A DNA stretch of 64,000 bases from Candidatus Daviesbacteria bacterium (GCA_016186955.1 JACPKP010000009.1:225595-289594), one strand, 5' to 3'; shown: positions 1-10,265, numbered from the stretch's first letter. Notes: generated by a model not told the origin, from the letters alone. Made by a program: numbers and translations.

Positions 1-1
1 T

Positions 2-1507
2 ATTTATGCAGATGTGCCATTTGTGGCGCTGTTTGGTTTAAATGAATTAGCCGTTAGGATGCCCTCTGTTATTGCGGGAGTGTTTTTAGTATTACTGATT
101 TATTTACTGGTTAATGGGTTATTTAATAACAAAAGTTTGGCATTGTCTGTAGCATTGATGTTGGCTGTTTCTCCTTTGGCAATCCAGTTTTCCAGGCCTG
201 CTTTTGAAAGCAACCTGGCGGTTTTTCTAAATTGTTTAGGAATATTTTGTTTTATTAGGGGACTCAAGAAATCTAATCTTTTTATACCGGCAGGTTTATT
301 TTTTGGCCTCTCTTTATTTACATACCAAGCTTCAAGAATATTTATCCCCATACTGATTTTAGGATTGTTTCTAATATATAAAAAAGACCTTTCTTTTAAA
401 AAAGATTTAAGAATTGGGTTGGGAATATTTATTTTATTTGTCCTGTTAGTGGGTACCCAAATTTTAGTGTTGAAACAATCAAGTAGGCTTGAGGCTATGA
501 ACTATTTTGCATACAGGCGTTCTGATGAGCAAATAAACCAAATAGCCAAAGAAGACGGGTATCAGGTTTCAGACTACAAGTTTCAAATTTTGCATGGTGA
601 ATGGTTTGCATATTTGAAAGGTCTTACAGAGCGTTATTTGATCTATTTTTCACCCAAAATGCTTTTTATTGATGGAGATTATAGCCCAAGACACAGAGTA
701 CCTGATTTGGGTGTTTTGTATTATATTTCAGCACTGCTTATACCTTTGGGAATAATTTATCTTTGGGGAAGAAAAGAGAGAGGCGCAAAGCTTATTTTTT
801 TTCTGTTGGCAATTTCCTCAATGCCCGCTGTTTTATCAAGGGATTTGATTAGCATGGTGAGAGCCTTAAACTTACTTTTACCACTTACTATTTTGGAAGG
901 GGCAGGATTATATTATCTTCTTCTAAACATTAAAAAATTTAATAGATTCATTTTTATATCGGTAAGTCTGATCATATTTTTTCTAATATCTGCAAATCTT
1001 GTAGTTTTTTTGGATCGTTATTTCATACATGCTTCTATAAAATACTCTCAAGGTTGGTTGTATGGTTATAAGGACTTGCTCGCACTTCAGTGTGATCAAT
1101 TATACTTCGCGCTCGCAAAACCTTGCCTTTTGCCTGAGGCAAAAGGTAAAGAAATTTTTTTCTCAAAAGAAAATTTGTCAAAATATGACAATATTTTGAT
1201 GACTGATGATTATGGACAACCATATATCTACTATCTTTTTTACAGTGTATACACCCCGGATAAATTCCAAAAACAGGCAATTTTAGAGCAACCTTCTATT
1301 GATGTTGGAACAGTAAGAAGAATAGATAACATTGCGTTCCGCCATGTTTATTGGCCAAAAGATAGGGGTTTAAAAAATAGCTTATTCATTGCCACGAAAG
1401 AAGAACTGCCGGATCAAGATATAATCCCCTATCCGCAGTATAAAATCTTAAAGGATATTAATTTTTTAGACGGGCAACATGCATTCAGAGTTGTGGAATC
1501 GGAATGA
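2..1507 (+). CDS. GT-C family glycosyltransferase, GT39/ArnT-PMT-like (5' end truncated by the window edge). The ORF track starts at a GTG at 14, but the frame is open back to position 2.
   Basis: The N-terminal region ...PFVALFGLNELAVRMPSVIAGVFLVLLIYLL is paralogous to residues 80-120 of the next ORF (FVMPFVATLGLNEIAVRLPSALFGILTVLLAYLL). It is multi-TM with a C-terminal soluble region (DDYGQPYIYYLFY) mirroring DRYDQPYILVLFY in the paralogue. Confidence 0.6.
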   Translation: MYADVPFVALFGLNELAVRMPSVIAGVFLVLLIYLLVNGLFNNKSLALSVALMLAVSPLAIQFSRPAFESNLAVFLNCLGIFCFIRGLKKSNLFIPAGLFFGLSLFTYQASRIFIPILILGLFLIYKKDLSFKKDLRIGLGIFILFVLLVGTQILVLKQSSRLEAMNYFAYRRSDEQINQIAKEDGYQVSDYKFQILHGEWFAYLKGLTERYLIYFSPKMLFIDGDYSPRHRVPDLGVLYYISALLIPLGIIYLWGRKERGAKLIFFLLAISSMPAVLSRDLISMVRALNLLLPLTILEGAGLYYLLLNIKKFNRFIFISVSLIIFFLISANLVVFLDRYFIHASIKYSQGWLYGYKDLLALQCDQLYFALAKPCLLPEAKGKEIFFSKENLSKYDNILMTDDYGQPYIYYLFYSVYTPDKFQKQAILEQPSIDVGTVRRIDNIAFRHVYWPKDRGLKNSLFIATKEELPDQDIIPYPQYKILKDINFLDGQHAFRVVESE

Positions 1508-1511
1508 ACAC

Positions 1512-3140
1512 ATGAAATTTAAAATTTTTAATTTAAAATTTTTATTTTTATTTTTGGTTTTGGTTTTAGCTGCTGTTTTAAGGTTGTGGAATTTGGGTGA
1601 GTATCCCGCAGGTTTTAATGCTGATGAGGCAGCAATAGGTTATAATGCCTATTCAATTTTACAAACAGGAAAAGATGAATATGGTACGTTTTATCCCTTG
1701 GCGTTTAAATCATTTGGAGACTATAAACCGGGGCTTTATTTTTATTTTGTGATGCCTTTTGTGGCAACACTGGGTTTAAACGAGATTGCCGTAAGGTTAC
1801 CATCGGCCCTATTTGGTATCCTCACGGTTTTGCTTGCCTACTTGTTAGCAAAAAAGATATTTGAAGATGATAGGGTGGGTTTATTATCAGCGCTGCTTTT
1901 GACGATATCTCCGTGGCACCTGCAGTTTTCAAGAGGAGGTTGGGAAAGTAATGCAGCAACATTTTTTATTACTCTTGGAGTTTTTCTTTGGCTGAAAGGT
2001 TTAGCTAAACCAATATTTATATTCTGGAGTTTATGCAGTTTTTTAATTTCTATGTATTTATACCAAAGCCCAAGGTTAATCGTCCCTTTGTTTTTACTAT
2101 CAGGTGTCATTTTGCATAAGGACTTACTCTTTAGGGAGATAAAAAAATTAGTAATTTTTATCATGATAGTTTGTATTTTGTCAATACCGCTTATTTTACA
2201 ATTTACTTCAGGAGAGGGGGGGGCCAGATTCAGAGGCCTGTCATTTTTTTCGGATAAAGGACCACTATCCAGAATAGATGAGTTAAGGGGAGAACACGGT
2301 AACTTAAATGATAAAGCAGCCAAAATATTACACAATAAAATAACAGCCTATGCCCCTAATTTTTTGGGCCATTACCTGGATCATTTCTCCACGCAATTTT
2401 TATTTATAAATGGGGAGGAGGTAATACGTAATAAGGTACCCGAAACAGGGGAGTTTTATCTTATAGAAGCATTTTTTCTAATAATAGGAATATTTTATTT
2501 AATCAGAAGTAAATTTAAACATACAAGATTATTAATTTTATGGATTTTAATCTCTCCTATTGCTTCCTCAATGACTTTCCAGACACCAAATGCATTAAGA
2601 TCCCTTTCAATGGTTGTACCGATGACTATAGTGATGGGGTATGGACTAAGTAAAATTTTCAATATCCTTAGTAAAAATTTCAGAGACTTACTTTTAACAG
2701 GTTGTTTTCTATTGCTTATTTTTGAATTTATACACTATCTTGAAAGCTACTACGTGCACTATCCCAAAAGGTATCCTTTGGCTTGGGAATATGGGTTTGA
2801 GGAGATGGTTTCTAAACTTGAAAAATACCAGGATCAATATGAAAAGGTTGTGATTACAGACCGTTATGACCAACCCTACATCTTAGTGCTTTTTTATGGA
2901 AAATATAACCCCGCGGAATACCAACCGCAGGCAGTTTTAACCTCTAGAGATCAATTTAATTTTGGTACAATCCGTTCATTTGATAAATATGAGTTCCATA
3001 AAATAGAACCGAACGAAATTAAAAATACTAAAGACACCCTTTTTATAGGGACAGACAAGGAAATGCCTAAGAATGCTGAAATCATAGACCAGGTTGATTT
3101 TCCAAACGGAAAACCTGCTTTTATATTTTTTAAAACATGA
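1512..3140 (+). CDS. GT-C family glycosyltransferase, GT39/ArnT-PMT-like (polyprenyl-phosphate-sugar dependent). Tandem paralogue of the upstream gene.
   Basis: N-terminal TM helix, then a DE motif in the first loop (GFNADEAAIGYNAY) typical of GT39/GT83 GT-C enzymes. It has about 11 predicted TM segments. The track start at 1479 overlaps the upstream gene by 29 nt. The ATG at 1512 (MKFKIFNL...) gives a clean TM start. Confidence 0.6.
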   Translation: MKFKIFNLKFLFLFLVLVLAAVLRLWNLGEYPAGFNADEAAIGYNAYSILQTGKDEYGTFYPLAFKSFGDYKPGLYFYFVMPFVATLGLNEIAVRLPSALFGILTVLLAYLLAKKIFEDDRVGLLSALLLTISPWHLQFSRGGWESNAATFFITLGVFLWLKGLAKPIFIFWSLCSFLISMYLYQSPRLIVPLFLLSGVILHKDLLFREIKKLVIFIMIVCILSIPLILQFTSGEGGARFRGLSFFSDKGPLSRIDELRGEHGNLNDKAAKILHNKITAYAPNFLGHYLDHFSTQFLFINGEEVIRNKVPETGEFYLIEAFFLIIGIFYLIRSKFKHTRLLILWILISPIASSMTFQTPNALRSLSMVVPMTIVMGYGLSKIFNILSKNFRDLLLTGCFLLLIFEFIHYLESYYVHYPKRYPLAWEYGFEEMVSKLEKYQDQYEKVVITDRYDQPYILVLFYGKYNPAEYQPQAVLTSRDQFNFGTIRSFDKYEFHKIEPNEIKNTKDTLFIGTDKEMPKNAEIIDQVDFPNGKPAFIFFKT

Positions 3141-3997
3141 TTAAATTATCATTGGCATTGGCGACTTTTAATGAAGAAGACAATATAGGAAATTGCCTTA
3201 AATCAGTAGAAGATTTAGTGGATGAAATAGTCATAGTTGATGGTGGTTCAACTGATAAAACAGTTGAAATCGCTAAAAATTATGGCGCTAGAGTATATAT
3301 AACCGATAATCCTCCTATTTTTCACATCAACAAGCAAAAAGCGCTTGATTTAACGGCAGGAAGTTGGATTTTACAGCTTGATGCTGATGAAAGAGTAAGT
3401 AGTAAACTTGCTGTAGAAATAAAAAAAGTTATCTCTATGACAGATCAAGAGATACAAAAATACCAAGATTCTTTACCCAACAAAAGGTTATTTGTTGCTC
3501 ACCAAAAACTAATTGACCTAAGAGACGGTAAGATTGGAAATGATGCAGATGAATATACAGCATTTTTTATTCCAAGATTAAATTTTTTTCTAGGTAAATT
3601 CCTGCGTTTTGGAGGGGTATACCCTGATGGGGTAATACGGCTTTTTAAAAAAAACAGAGCTTACTTACCATGCAAAGATGTTCATGAGCAATATGTCGTT
3701 GATGGACGCGTTGGTTGGTTGCAAAACGATTTGTTACATATGGCTGATCCCACCTTCTCCAGATATATAAAAAGAAATAACAGATACATAAATTTAATTG
3801 TAGGTGAACTCAAAAGGGATAAGTTACAAAAAAATATTCCCCAATTTGTTAACTATTGCTTTGTCAAACCACTGTGGTGGTTTTTTTGGACACAGGTCAG
3901 GCATAAAGGAGCTTTAGACGGTATTCAGGGTGTGATTTTTTCATTTTTCTCAGCTTTGAGATTTCCCAGAGCCTACATTAAATATTTAACAAAATGA
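3137..3997 (+). CDS. GT2 family glycosyltransferase (WaaE/KdtX-like)
   Basis: ALATFNEEDNIGNCLKSV...DEIVIVDGGSTDKTVEIA...LQLDADE is the classic GT2 N-terminal nucleotide-binding / DXD arrangement. Confidence 0.7.
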   Translation: MIKLSLALATFNEEDNIGNCLKSVEDLVDEIVIVDGGSTDKTVEIAKNYGARVYITDNPPIFHINKQKALDLTAGSWILQLDADERVSSKLAVEIKKVISMTDQEIQKYQDSLPNKRLFVAHQKLIDLRDGKIGNDADEYTAFFIPRLNFFLGKFLRFGGVYPDGVIRLFKKNRAYLPCKDVHEQYVVDGRVGWLQNDLLHMADPTFSRYIKRNNRYINLIVGELKRDKLQKNIPQFVNYCFVKPLWWFFWTQVRHKGALDGIQGVIFSFFSALRFPRAYIKYLTK

Positions 3998-5043
3998 AAA
4001 AAAATAAATTAAAAGTTGGCATTGATATTTCGGAAATGAATCCATTGAGCATGAATAGAGGGATAGGATTTTATACGGACCATTTATTCAAATCATTGAT
4101 TAAATACACAGATTTGGATGTTGTATTGGTTGAAAGGCAAAAAGATGTTAAAAATTTAGACTTAATACATTATCCTTTTTTTGATTTTTTCTCCCCAACG
4201 TTGCCTTTAATCAAAAAATTACCTGTAATAGTCACTATTCATGATGTTATCCCGCTAGTTTTTCCTAAACATTATCCATCAGGCATGAGAGGGAGGATCA
4301 TTTTAGAGAGACAAAAATTTTCCCTGAAAACAGTTCAGGCAGTGATTACAGATTCTATATCTTCCAAATTAGACATAATGAAATATTTAAATGTTGCTGA
4401 AAATAAGATTTCTACAATATATCTTTCGCCCGCTGAGAGATTCAAAAAAGAAAGGGATTTTAAAACATTATTATCTGTTAAAGAAAAATATAATTTACCG
4501 GAAAAATTCGTTCTTTATGTAGGTAACATTAACTGGAATAAAAACTTGTTGAATTTAACCAAAGCATCTATTGATGCGAATGTTGATCTTTATCTAATTG
4601 GAGATGCATTTAAAACAGAAAAAAATCTTGAACACCCTGAATTAAATGATTACAAAATATGGCTTCAGCAATATTCAACTTATCCAAAAGTACATATTAT
4701 AGACACATATCCGAAAGATGATATTGTTGGGATCTATAATTTAGCCGAAGCTTTGCTGCTGCCTTCTTTTTATGAGGGGTTTGGATTACCGATTTTGGAG
4801 GCGCAAGCTTGCGGTACCCCTGTAATTACAAGTGATATATCCTCAATGCCGGAAGTCTCAGGGGGAGGAGCAATCCTGATAGACCCAAATAAACCGGATA
4901 AAATTACTGCTGCAATTAAATCCCTAGAAATGCAGTCTGTAAAAGGTAAGCTGATTAAAGAGGGTTTAAGAAATGTAGAAAAATTTTCATGGAAAAAAGT
5001 TGCAGAAGAAACCCTGTTGGTTTACCAAAATATTGCTCCATAA
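3994..5043 (+). CDS. GT4 (GT-B, glycosyltransferase group 1) glycosyltransferase
   Basis: C-terminal EX7E-type motif region PSFYEGFGLPILEAQACGTPVITSDISSMPEVSGG. Confidence 0.75.
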   Translation: MKKNKLKVGIDISEMNPLSMNRGIGFYTDHLFKSLIKYTDLDVVLVERQKDVKNLDLIHYPFFDFFSPTLPLIKKLPVIVTIHDVIPLVFPKHYPSGMRGRIILERQKFSLKTVQAVITDSISSKLDIMKYLNVAENKISTIYLSPAERFKKERDFKTLLSVKEKYNLPEKFVLYVGNINWNKNLLNLTKASIDANVDLYLIGDAFKTEKNLEHPELNDYKIWLQQYSTYPKVHIIDTYPKDDIVGIYNLAEALLLPSFYEGFGLPILEAQACGTPVITSDISSMPEVSGGGAILIDPNKPDKITAAIKSLEMQSVKGKLIKEGLRNVEKFSWKKVAEETLLVYQNIAP

Positions 5044-5135
5044 ATATAAGGTAAAAGCTATATACTTAGAACAAGGACAGAAATTATCAATTCCTGACGC
5101 AATACAGTTAAGGGCAAGAAACTTTTTTTAATTTT

Positions 5136-6284
5136 ATGCATAAATTTTCTTTACAGAAATCAATCCTAATCTACTTTACCATTTGGAGAATTTCCCTTTT
5201 TTTTATCGCATTTATCTCTACTATTATCATTGGTGATTTTGGAGCAAGATTCCCTTATTATAAGGAATTACTTATAAATACGGGTTTGCCTGCTTGGGTT
5301 TGGGGATTTGGTAATTTTGACGGGGTTCATTATCTGACAATTGCTCAAACAGGTTATGCAGCCCAATTTACCCAAGCTTTCTTCCCATTTTATCCCCTAT
5401 TGGTAAAACTTCTAACAATTAACGGGGCCTATTTATTAACAGCACTAGTTTTATCCAATATACTTTTTTTAGCCGCTCTTTTTTTGTTGTACAAGTTATT
5501 CAGAATGGATTATGATAGTGAAATTTCTTTTAAATCACTTTGTTTGCTTCTTGCAATCCCCACGTCATTTTACTTCGGCGCTGTGCATTCGGAATCATTA
5601 TTCCTCTTTTTCAGTGTCGGCAGTATATTAGCGATTAGAAAAAAAAAGTATATTTTATCAGGTTTACTCGCAGGTTTTGCTTCCGCCACCAGAATAGTTG
5701 GTATTTTTTTAACCCCGCTGATTTTGATTGAAATAATCAGTTCATTAAAAATTGGTACATTGAAATTCAAAAATAAAGAGTTTATAAAACCATCTCTTGC
5801 CCTGTTAATAGCGCCAATGGGACTTATTATTTATATGATTTTTTTAAAAATCCAATTCAATGACCCCCTTTATTTTTTAAATGCACAGCATGCTTTTGGA
5901 ACAGGCAGAAGTGATCAAAATTTTATTCTCTTGCCCCAAGTTTTTTATAGGTACATAAAAATCTTATTAACAGTCAATATTACATCGTTACCTTTTTTTA
6001 ATGCCCTGCTGGAGCTTATTTTTACAGTTATACCTTTAACAGTATTATTTATGAAGTTTAAAAAAATTAGATTTAGTTATTTGGTTTTTACATGGGGCAG
6101 TCTTTTATTACCGACATTAACCGGAACTTTAACATCAATGCCGAGGTTTATTTTAATGGGTTTTTTACTTCTGCCAGTAGTTGTCATAAGTTTCAATAAG
6201 CATATTAAAGTAATTATGATAATAATGATCATTCTTCAGATATTACTTCTGAGTTTATTCATACGGGGTTATTGGGTTGCATGA
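5136..6284 (+). CDS. Polytopic membrane protein, GT-C-like (PIG-V / mannosyltransferase-like)
   Basis: At least 9 hydrophobic segments. The loop motif NFDGVHYLTIAQTGY resembles the PIG-V/GT-C mannosyltransferase loop-1 motif. Family assignment is by eye only. Confidence 0.4.
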   Translation: MHKFSLQKSILIYFTIWRISLFFIAFISTIIIGDFGARFPYYKELLINTGLPAWVWGFGNFDGVHYLTIAQTGYAAQFTQAFFPFYPLLVKLLTINGAYLLTALVLSNILFLAALFLLYKLFRMDYDSEISFKSLCLLLAIPTSFYFGAVHSESLFLFFSVGSILAIRKKKYILSGLLAGFASATRIVGIFLTPLILIEIISSLKIGTLKFKNKEFIKPSLALLIAPMGLIIYMIFLKIQFNDPLYFLNAQHAFGTGRSDQNFILLPQVFYRYIKILLTVNITSLPFFNALLELIFTVIPLTVLFMKFKKIRFSYLVFTWGSLLLPTLTGTLTSMPRFILMGFLLLPVVVISFNKHIKVIMIIMIILQILLLSLFIRGYWVA

Positions 6285-6324
6285 AACTTGAAAAAAATTC
6301 CTTATCCAGGTACTATTCCAATTA

Positions 6325-7002
6325 ATGAAAGGGATAGTTGTAGTACCTGCTTTTAATGAAGAAAAAAGGATACTTCGGGTAATTAAAAAAATACCGCAGG
6401 AAGTTGATCATCACAAGCTGGAAATCTTGGTTGTTAACGACGGTTCAACCGACCTTACAGAGATAATTCTTAAAAAAAATAAAGTAAAGGTTATATCCCA
6501 TCCTGTAAATAGAGGTTTAGGGGCTGCTTTAGGGACAGGTTTTGAGTATGCAAGAATCAAGAATTACGATTTTTTGATCACACTCGACGGTGACGGTCAG
6601 CACGATCCCAGGGAAATACCTAAATTATTAAAACCCATTATTAATAAGGAAGCAGATTTTATAGTTGGGACAAGGATAAACAAAGGTAGCATGCCCTTTA
6701 AAAGGCGGATGCTTACTTTCTTTGCGACGCTAGCCACTTTTGTGTTAACCGGTGTTTGGACGGCTGATTCCCAATCCGGGTTTAGAATATTTTCCAAAAA
6801 TGCTATTAAAAAAATTAATATTCAAGTGGATAAAATGGAGGTTTCCACTGATTTTTTCCGACAATGCAGGGAAAAGGGTCTTGTAATATTAGAGGTTCCC
6901 ATCAAAGCAATCTATACAAAATATTCTCTAACTAAAGGGCAAAATTTTTTTAACTCATTTAATATAGTAGGGAAGCTAATGCTACAAAATTTAAATAATT
7001 AA
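6325..7002 (+). CDS. GT2 polyprenyl-phosphate sugar synthase (GtrB/DPM1/ArnC-like), short form without its own C-terminal TM anchor
   Basis: VVVPAFNEEKRI...EILVVNDGSTDLT...ISHPVNRGLGAALGTGFEYA...ITLDGDGQHDP are the conserved blocks of Dpm1/GtrB-type GT2 enzymes. At 225 aa it stops before the usual two C-terminal TM helices. Confidence 0.7.
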   Translation: MKGIVVVPAFNEEKRILRVIKKIPQEVDHHKLEILVVNDGSTDLTEIILKKNKVKVISHPVNRGLGAALGTGFEYARIKNYDFLITLDGDGQHDPREIPKLLKPIINKEADFIVGTRINKGSMPFKRRMLTFFATLATFVLTGVWTADSQSGFRIFSKNAIKKINIQVDKMEVSTDFFRQCREKGLVILEVPIKAIYTKYSLTKGQNFFNSFNIVGKLMLQNLNN

Positions 7003-7003
7003 T

Positions 7004-7360
7004 ATGCAAATTATTACTCAGTTTATTGCAATTTTTTTTGCTATCTTCGCCCTAAGTAGGGCATACCTCCGTTTTAAAGAGCGAAAATTATCATCCTTTG
7101 CTTTCATTTTTTGGATTTTTGTATGGATAACAGGGACTGTGGCTATTTTCTTTCCTGATTTAACCACTAAAATAGCAAAATTTGTTGGAATCGGCAGAGG
7201 AGTTGATATTGTTCTTTATGCCTCGATTATTATTATTTTTTATTTACTCTTTAGAATTTACATAAAAATTGAAGATACTCAAAGGCAAATTACCCAAGTA
7301 GCCAGAAAAGTAGCCTTGCAAAAAATGATGAAAAAGAAAAAACCCCGCTTAAGGCGATGA
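7004..7360 (+). CDS. Small integral membrane protein, DUF2304-like partner of GtrB-type GT2
   Basis: 118 aa with 3 TM helices and a basic C-terminal tail. It is adjacent to, and translationally coupled with, the GtrB-like GT2. DUF2304 proteins typically sit in exactly this position. Confidence 0.5.
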   Translation: MQIITQFIAIFFAIFALSRAYLRFKERKLSSFAFIFWIFVWITGTVAIFFPDLTTKIAKFVGIGRGVDIVLYASIIIIFYLLFRIYIKIEDTQRQITQVARKVALQKMMKKKKPRLRR

Positions 7361-9561
7361 AAATTCTGTTTATAGCTGAGTTTTTTCCTTCCAATAACCA
7401 ACTAAACTTTAGTGGCGGGGTTGAAGCTTACAACTATTTTCTAGTACGGGAGTTAACAAAAAAAAATAAAATTACTGTTATTTGCCGTGGAGAAAATTTA
7501 ACTTCCAAGCGAAGGCTTAAACTTCCCTTTAAGATTATCAGAATAGGAAAAAGCTCTAAAATTGACACATCTTTTATGACTATTTTCCAAAGAGTGATAT
7601 TTAATATTTTGGCCATTAAGGCAGGCCTTGGTGAGGAGTTTGATTTAGTGCAAGGGAACAATTTTGTCACCTATATTCCGGCTTTTATAATAGGATTTGT
7701 AAAAAGAAAACCTTCGATTGCGTGGTATCCGGATGTTTTTATCGGTAAATGGATTAAACTGACAGGTTTTTTTTCTGGGATAGTAGGTGAGATTTCCGAG
7801 AGAGTTGCAATAACTTTTCCTTGGGCACATTTCATAGCGCTAAGCAATTCGACAAAGAATAAGCTTTTGAAAACGGGTATTAAAGTAGATAAAATTTCTA
7901 CAATTTATGCAGGAGCAGATCTGGATTTTTTTACACAGATAAGAGTTAAGAAACGAATAGTTTTTACTATATGTTGCATATCCAGATTGGTAAATTATAA
8001 ACGCCTTGATTTGTTGATTAAGGCAGCAGCAATTTTAAAAAAAGAAAAATTAAAGTTTCAGATAGAAATTTTTGGTGACGGACCCGAAAAGGAGAATTTA
8101 CTTTTATTAATTAATAGATTTGGTTTGGACCAATGGATAAAAATTGAGTCAAATTTAACCAGAGTTGAGTTGGGTAGACGGCTTAAGTCCGCCCACCTTT
8201 TCTGTCTTCCTTCAGAACAGGAGGGCTTTGGATTGTCAGTAATAGAGGCCGCAGCTTGTAGTTTACCATATGTTGTTTCCAACATTTCCGTATTTAGAGA
8301 AATTACCCATAGAGGACAAGGCGGGTTATTTTTTAAACAGGGAAGCCATTTTGATCTAGCAAAAAAAATTAAGAAATTTATTCAGGATAAAAAACTGGAG
8401 AAAAAATCCTCTCAGAATTCCTTTGAACTGGCGAAACGCTATTCATGGGAACAAATTGCCCAAGAGTTTGAGCAAATATATCAGAAGATAATTACCCGGA
8501 AACTTAAGATATTAGTGTTGGTAGACGCTTGGTTCCCGCATATTGGGGGAGGGCAGGTACATGCATGGGAGTTATCCAAGCAATTAGCCCAAAAAGGATG
8601 CAAAGTGACAATATTAACCAGAGATTTAGGCGGATGGGGAGAACAATATCCAGGTGTGGAAGTAATTAGAATAGGAAGAATCAAAAAATTTGCCAATATC
8701 TGGGGAAGGTTAGAATACCTATTTTATGCCCTTTTTTACAGCTTATTTGCAGATTATGATATTTTTCATGCTCATGCTTTTTCTCCGGGTCTTATTGCGC
8801 CTTTTGTAAAAATCTTCAGAAATAAGCCTACGGTTTATACTGTACACGGTAAGGGTGCAAAAATAGCCGGACTCGGATTTGGAGAGGTATTTCTTGAAGA
8901 CCTAGTTACTTATAAAATACCTTATGATTTGGAAATTACCGTTGCCAAAAATACTATAACAAAAAAAATCTCAGCCAAAAAATCTGTAGTAATTCCAAAT
9001 GGTGTAGATATAGCAAAATTTGCAGTAGCCAAAAGAAAAAGGACAAAAATTAAAAATATTTTATATGTCGGTAGATTAAGCTACGAAAAGGGCGTAGATA
9101 TATTGATTGAAGTTTTTAATGGTTTAAAAAGCAAAAAATTAAAGTTATTCATAGTAGGAGAGGGAGAGGAGTTTGGAAAACTTAAAAAAATGGTGATTGG
9201 GGAAAATATAAATTTCCTCGGCAGATTAACGAGCCGTGATTTAATAAACGCATACAAAAAAGCAGATTTATTAGTTATTCCCTCAAGGACAGAAGGACAA
9301 CCATTAATCTTATTTGAAGCTTGGGTTGTAGGCTTGCCTATTTTAGCGACAAAAGTGGGAGATAATAAAGTTTATATAAAAGAAGGAATAAGCGGGTTTT
9401 TATCTAAACCAGATATAGAATCGTTAAGAAATGGCATAAGAAAAGTTTTAAAAAATAAATCTTTAGATGAAATTATCGCAAATGGAGAAAAAAATGTTAA
9501 GAATTATTCATGGGATATCATTTCAGAGAAAACATTAAATAGTTACAGGCAAATACTATGA
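7357..9561 (+). CDS. Tandem-fused double GT4 glycosyltransferase (GT4-GT4, 734 aa)
   Basis: Residues 1-370 form a complete GT4 unit (...FCLPSEQEGFGLSVIEAAACSLPYVVSNIS...). Residues 375-734 form a second complete GT4 unit (LKILVLVDAWFPHIGGGQVHAW... and PSRTEGQPLILFEAWVVGLPILATKVGDN). Confidence 0.7.
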   Translation: MKILFIAEFFPSNNQLNFSGGVEAYNYFLVRELTKKNKITVICRGENLTSKRRLKLPFKIIRIGKSSKIDTSFMTIFQRVIFNILAIKAGLGEEFDLVQGNNFVTYIPAFIIGFVKRKPSIAWYPDVFIGKWIKLTGFFSGIVGEISERVAITFPWAHFIALSNSTKNKLLKTGIKVDKISTIYAGADLDFFTQIRVKKRIVFTICCISRLVNYKRLDLLIKAAAILKKEKLKFQIEIFGDGPEKENLLLLINRFGLDQWIKIESNLTRVELGRRLKSAHLFCLPSEQEGFGLSVIEAAACSLPYVVSNISVFREITHRGQGGLFFKQGSHFDLAKKIKKFIQDKKLEKKSSQNSFELAKRYSWEQIAQEFEQIYQKIITRKLKILVLVDAWFPHIGGGQVHAWELSKQLAQKGCKVTILTRDLGGWGEQYPGVEVIRIGRIKKFANIWGRLEYLFYALFYSLFADYDIFHAHAFSPGLIAPFVKIFRNKPTVYTVHGKGAKIAGLGFGEVFLEDLVTYKIPYDLEITVAKNTITKKISAKKSVVIPNGVDIAKFAVAKRKRTKIKNILYVGRLSYEKGVDILIEVFNGLKSKKLKLFIVGEGEEFGKLKKMVIGENINFLGRLTSRDLINAYKKADLLVIPSRTEGQPLILFEAWVVGLPILATKVGDNKVYIKEGISGFLSKPDIESLRNGIRKVLKNKSLDEIIANGEKNVKNYSWDIISEKTLNSYRQIL

Positions 9562-10265
9562 AAAAACCGAAAATTAGTGTGTTAATGCCGGTATATAACG
9601 GGCAAGCGTATTTAAAGGAAGCTTTAAAAAGTATTTTTAATCAGACCTTTAAAAATTTTGAACTTATTGTTATCGATGATGGATCTACAGATAAAACACC
9701 AGAAATATTGAAAAAAATTAAAAATAAAAAATTAAAAATAATAAGAATTAAGAAAAACTTAGGGCTATCAAAAGCGCTAAACAAAGGAATTTTTATAGCA
9801 AGAGGTGAGTACGTTGCCAGATGTGACGCAGATGATATTAATAAAAAAAATCGATTTAAGAAACAAAATAATTTTTTAGATAAAAATCAGGATTTTGTAT
9901 TGGTTGGTTCAAATGCAGTCGCAATTAATGAAAAAGGGGGAGAGATCGGGACTTTAAAAATGCCTGAAACAGATAAACAAATCAGGTGGTCGATAATAAT
10001 AAGAAATAATATTTTGCATCCGAGTGTAATGCTGAGAGCTAAAACTTTAAAAAAAATTGGAGGTTACAGGGAATTATTTAATTTAGGCGCTGAGGAGTAT
10101 GATTTATGGTTTCGCCTACTCAAAAAAGGCAAAGCGTACAATCTACAGGAGCCCTTGATAAAAAGGAGGATTGATGGCAAAGTTTATACCAGGAAGTATC
10201 ATCTAAGAGTGGAACTTTTTGCATTATTGGCCAGAATAATCAATTTTCCCCGTCTATTTTGCTAA
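9558..10265 (+). CDS. GT2 family glycosyltransferase
   Basis: ISVLMPVYNGQAYLKEALKSIFNQTFKNFELIVIDDGSTDKT...CDADD is the GT2 signature. Confidence 0.75.
   Translation: MKKPKISVLMPVYNGQAYLKEALKSIFNQTFKNFELIVIDDGSTDKTPEILKKIKNKKLKIIRIKKNLGLSKALNKGIFIARGEYVARCDADDINKKNRFKKQNNFLDKNQDFVLVGSNAVAINEKGGEIGTLKMPETDKQIRWSIIIRNNILHPSVMLRAKTLKKIGGYRELFNLGAEEYDLWFRLLKKGKAYNLQEPLIKRRIDGKVYTRKYHLRVELFALLARIINFPRLFC

Noticed and set aside
5631-5641. Homopolymeric A8-A10 tracts inside coding regions (also near 7460, 53041 and 54283) looked like possible phase-variation switches, as in C. jejuni capsule genes.
   Set aside because: The genome is about 65% AT and such runs encode Lys-rich stretches throughout. 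There are no poly-G/C tracts and no evidence of length heterogeneity. They are most likely compositional.
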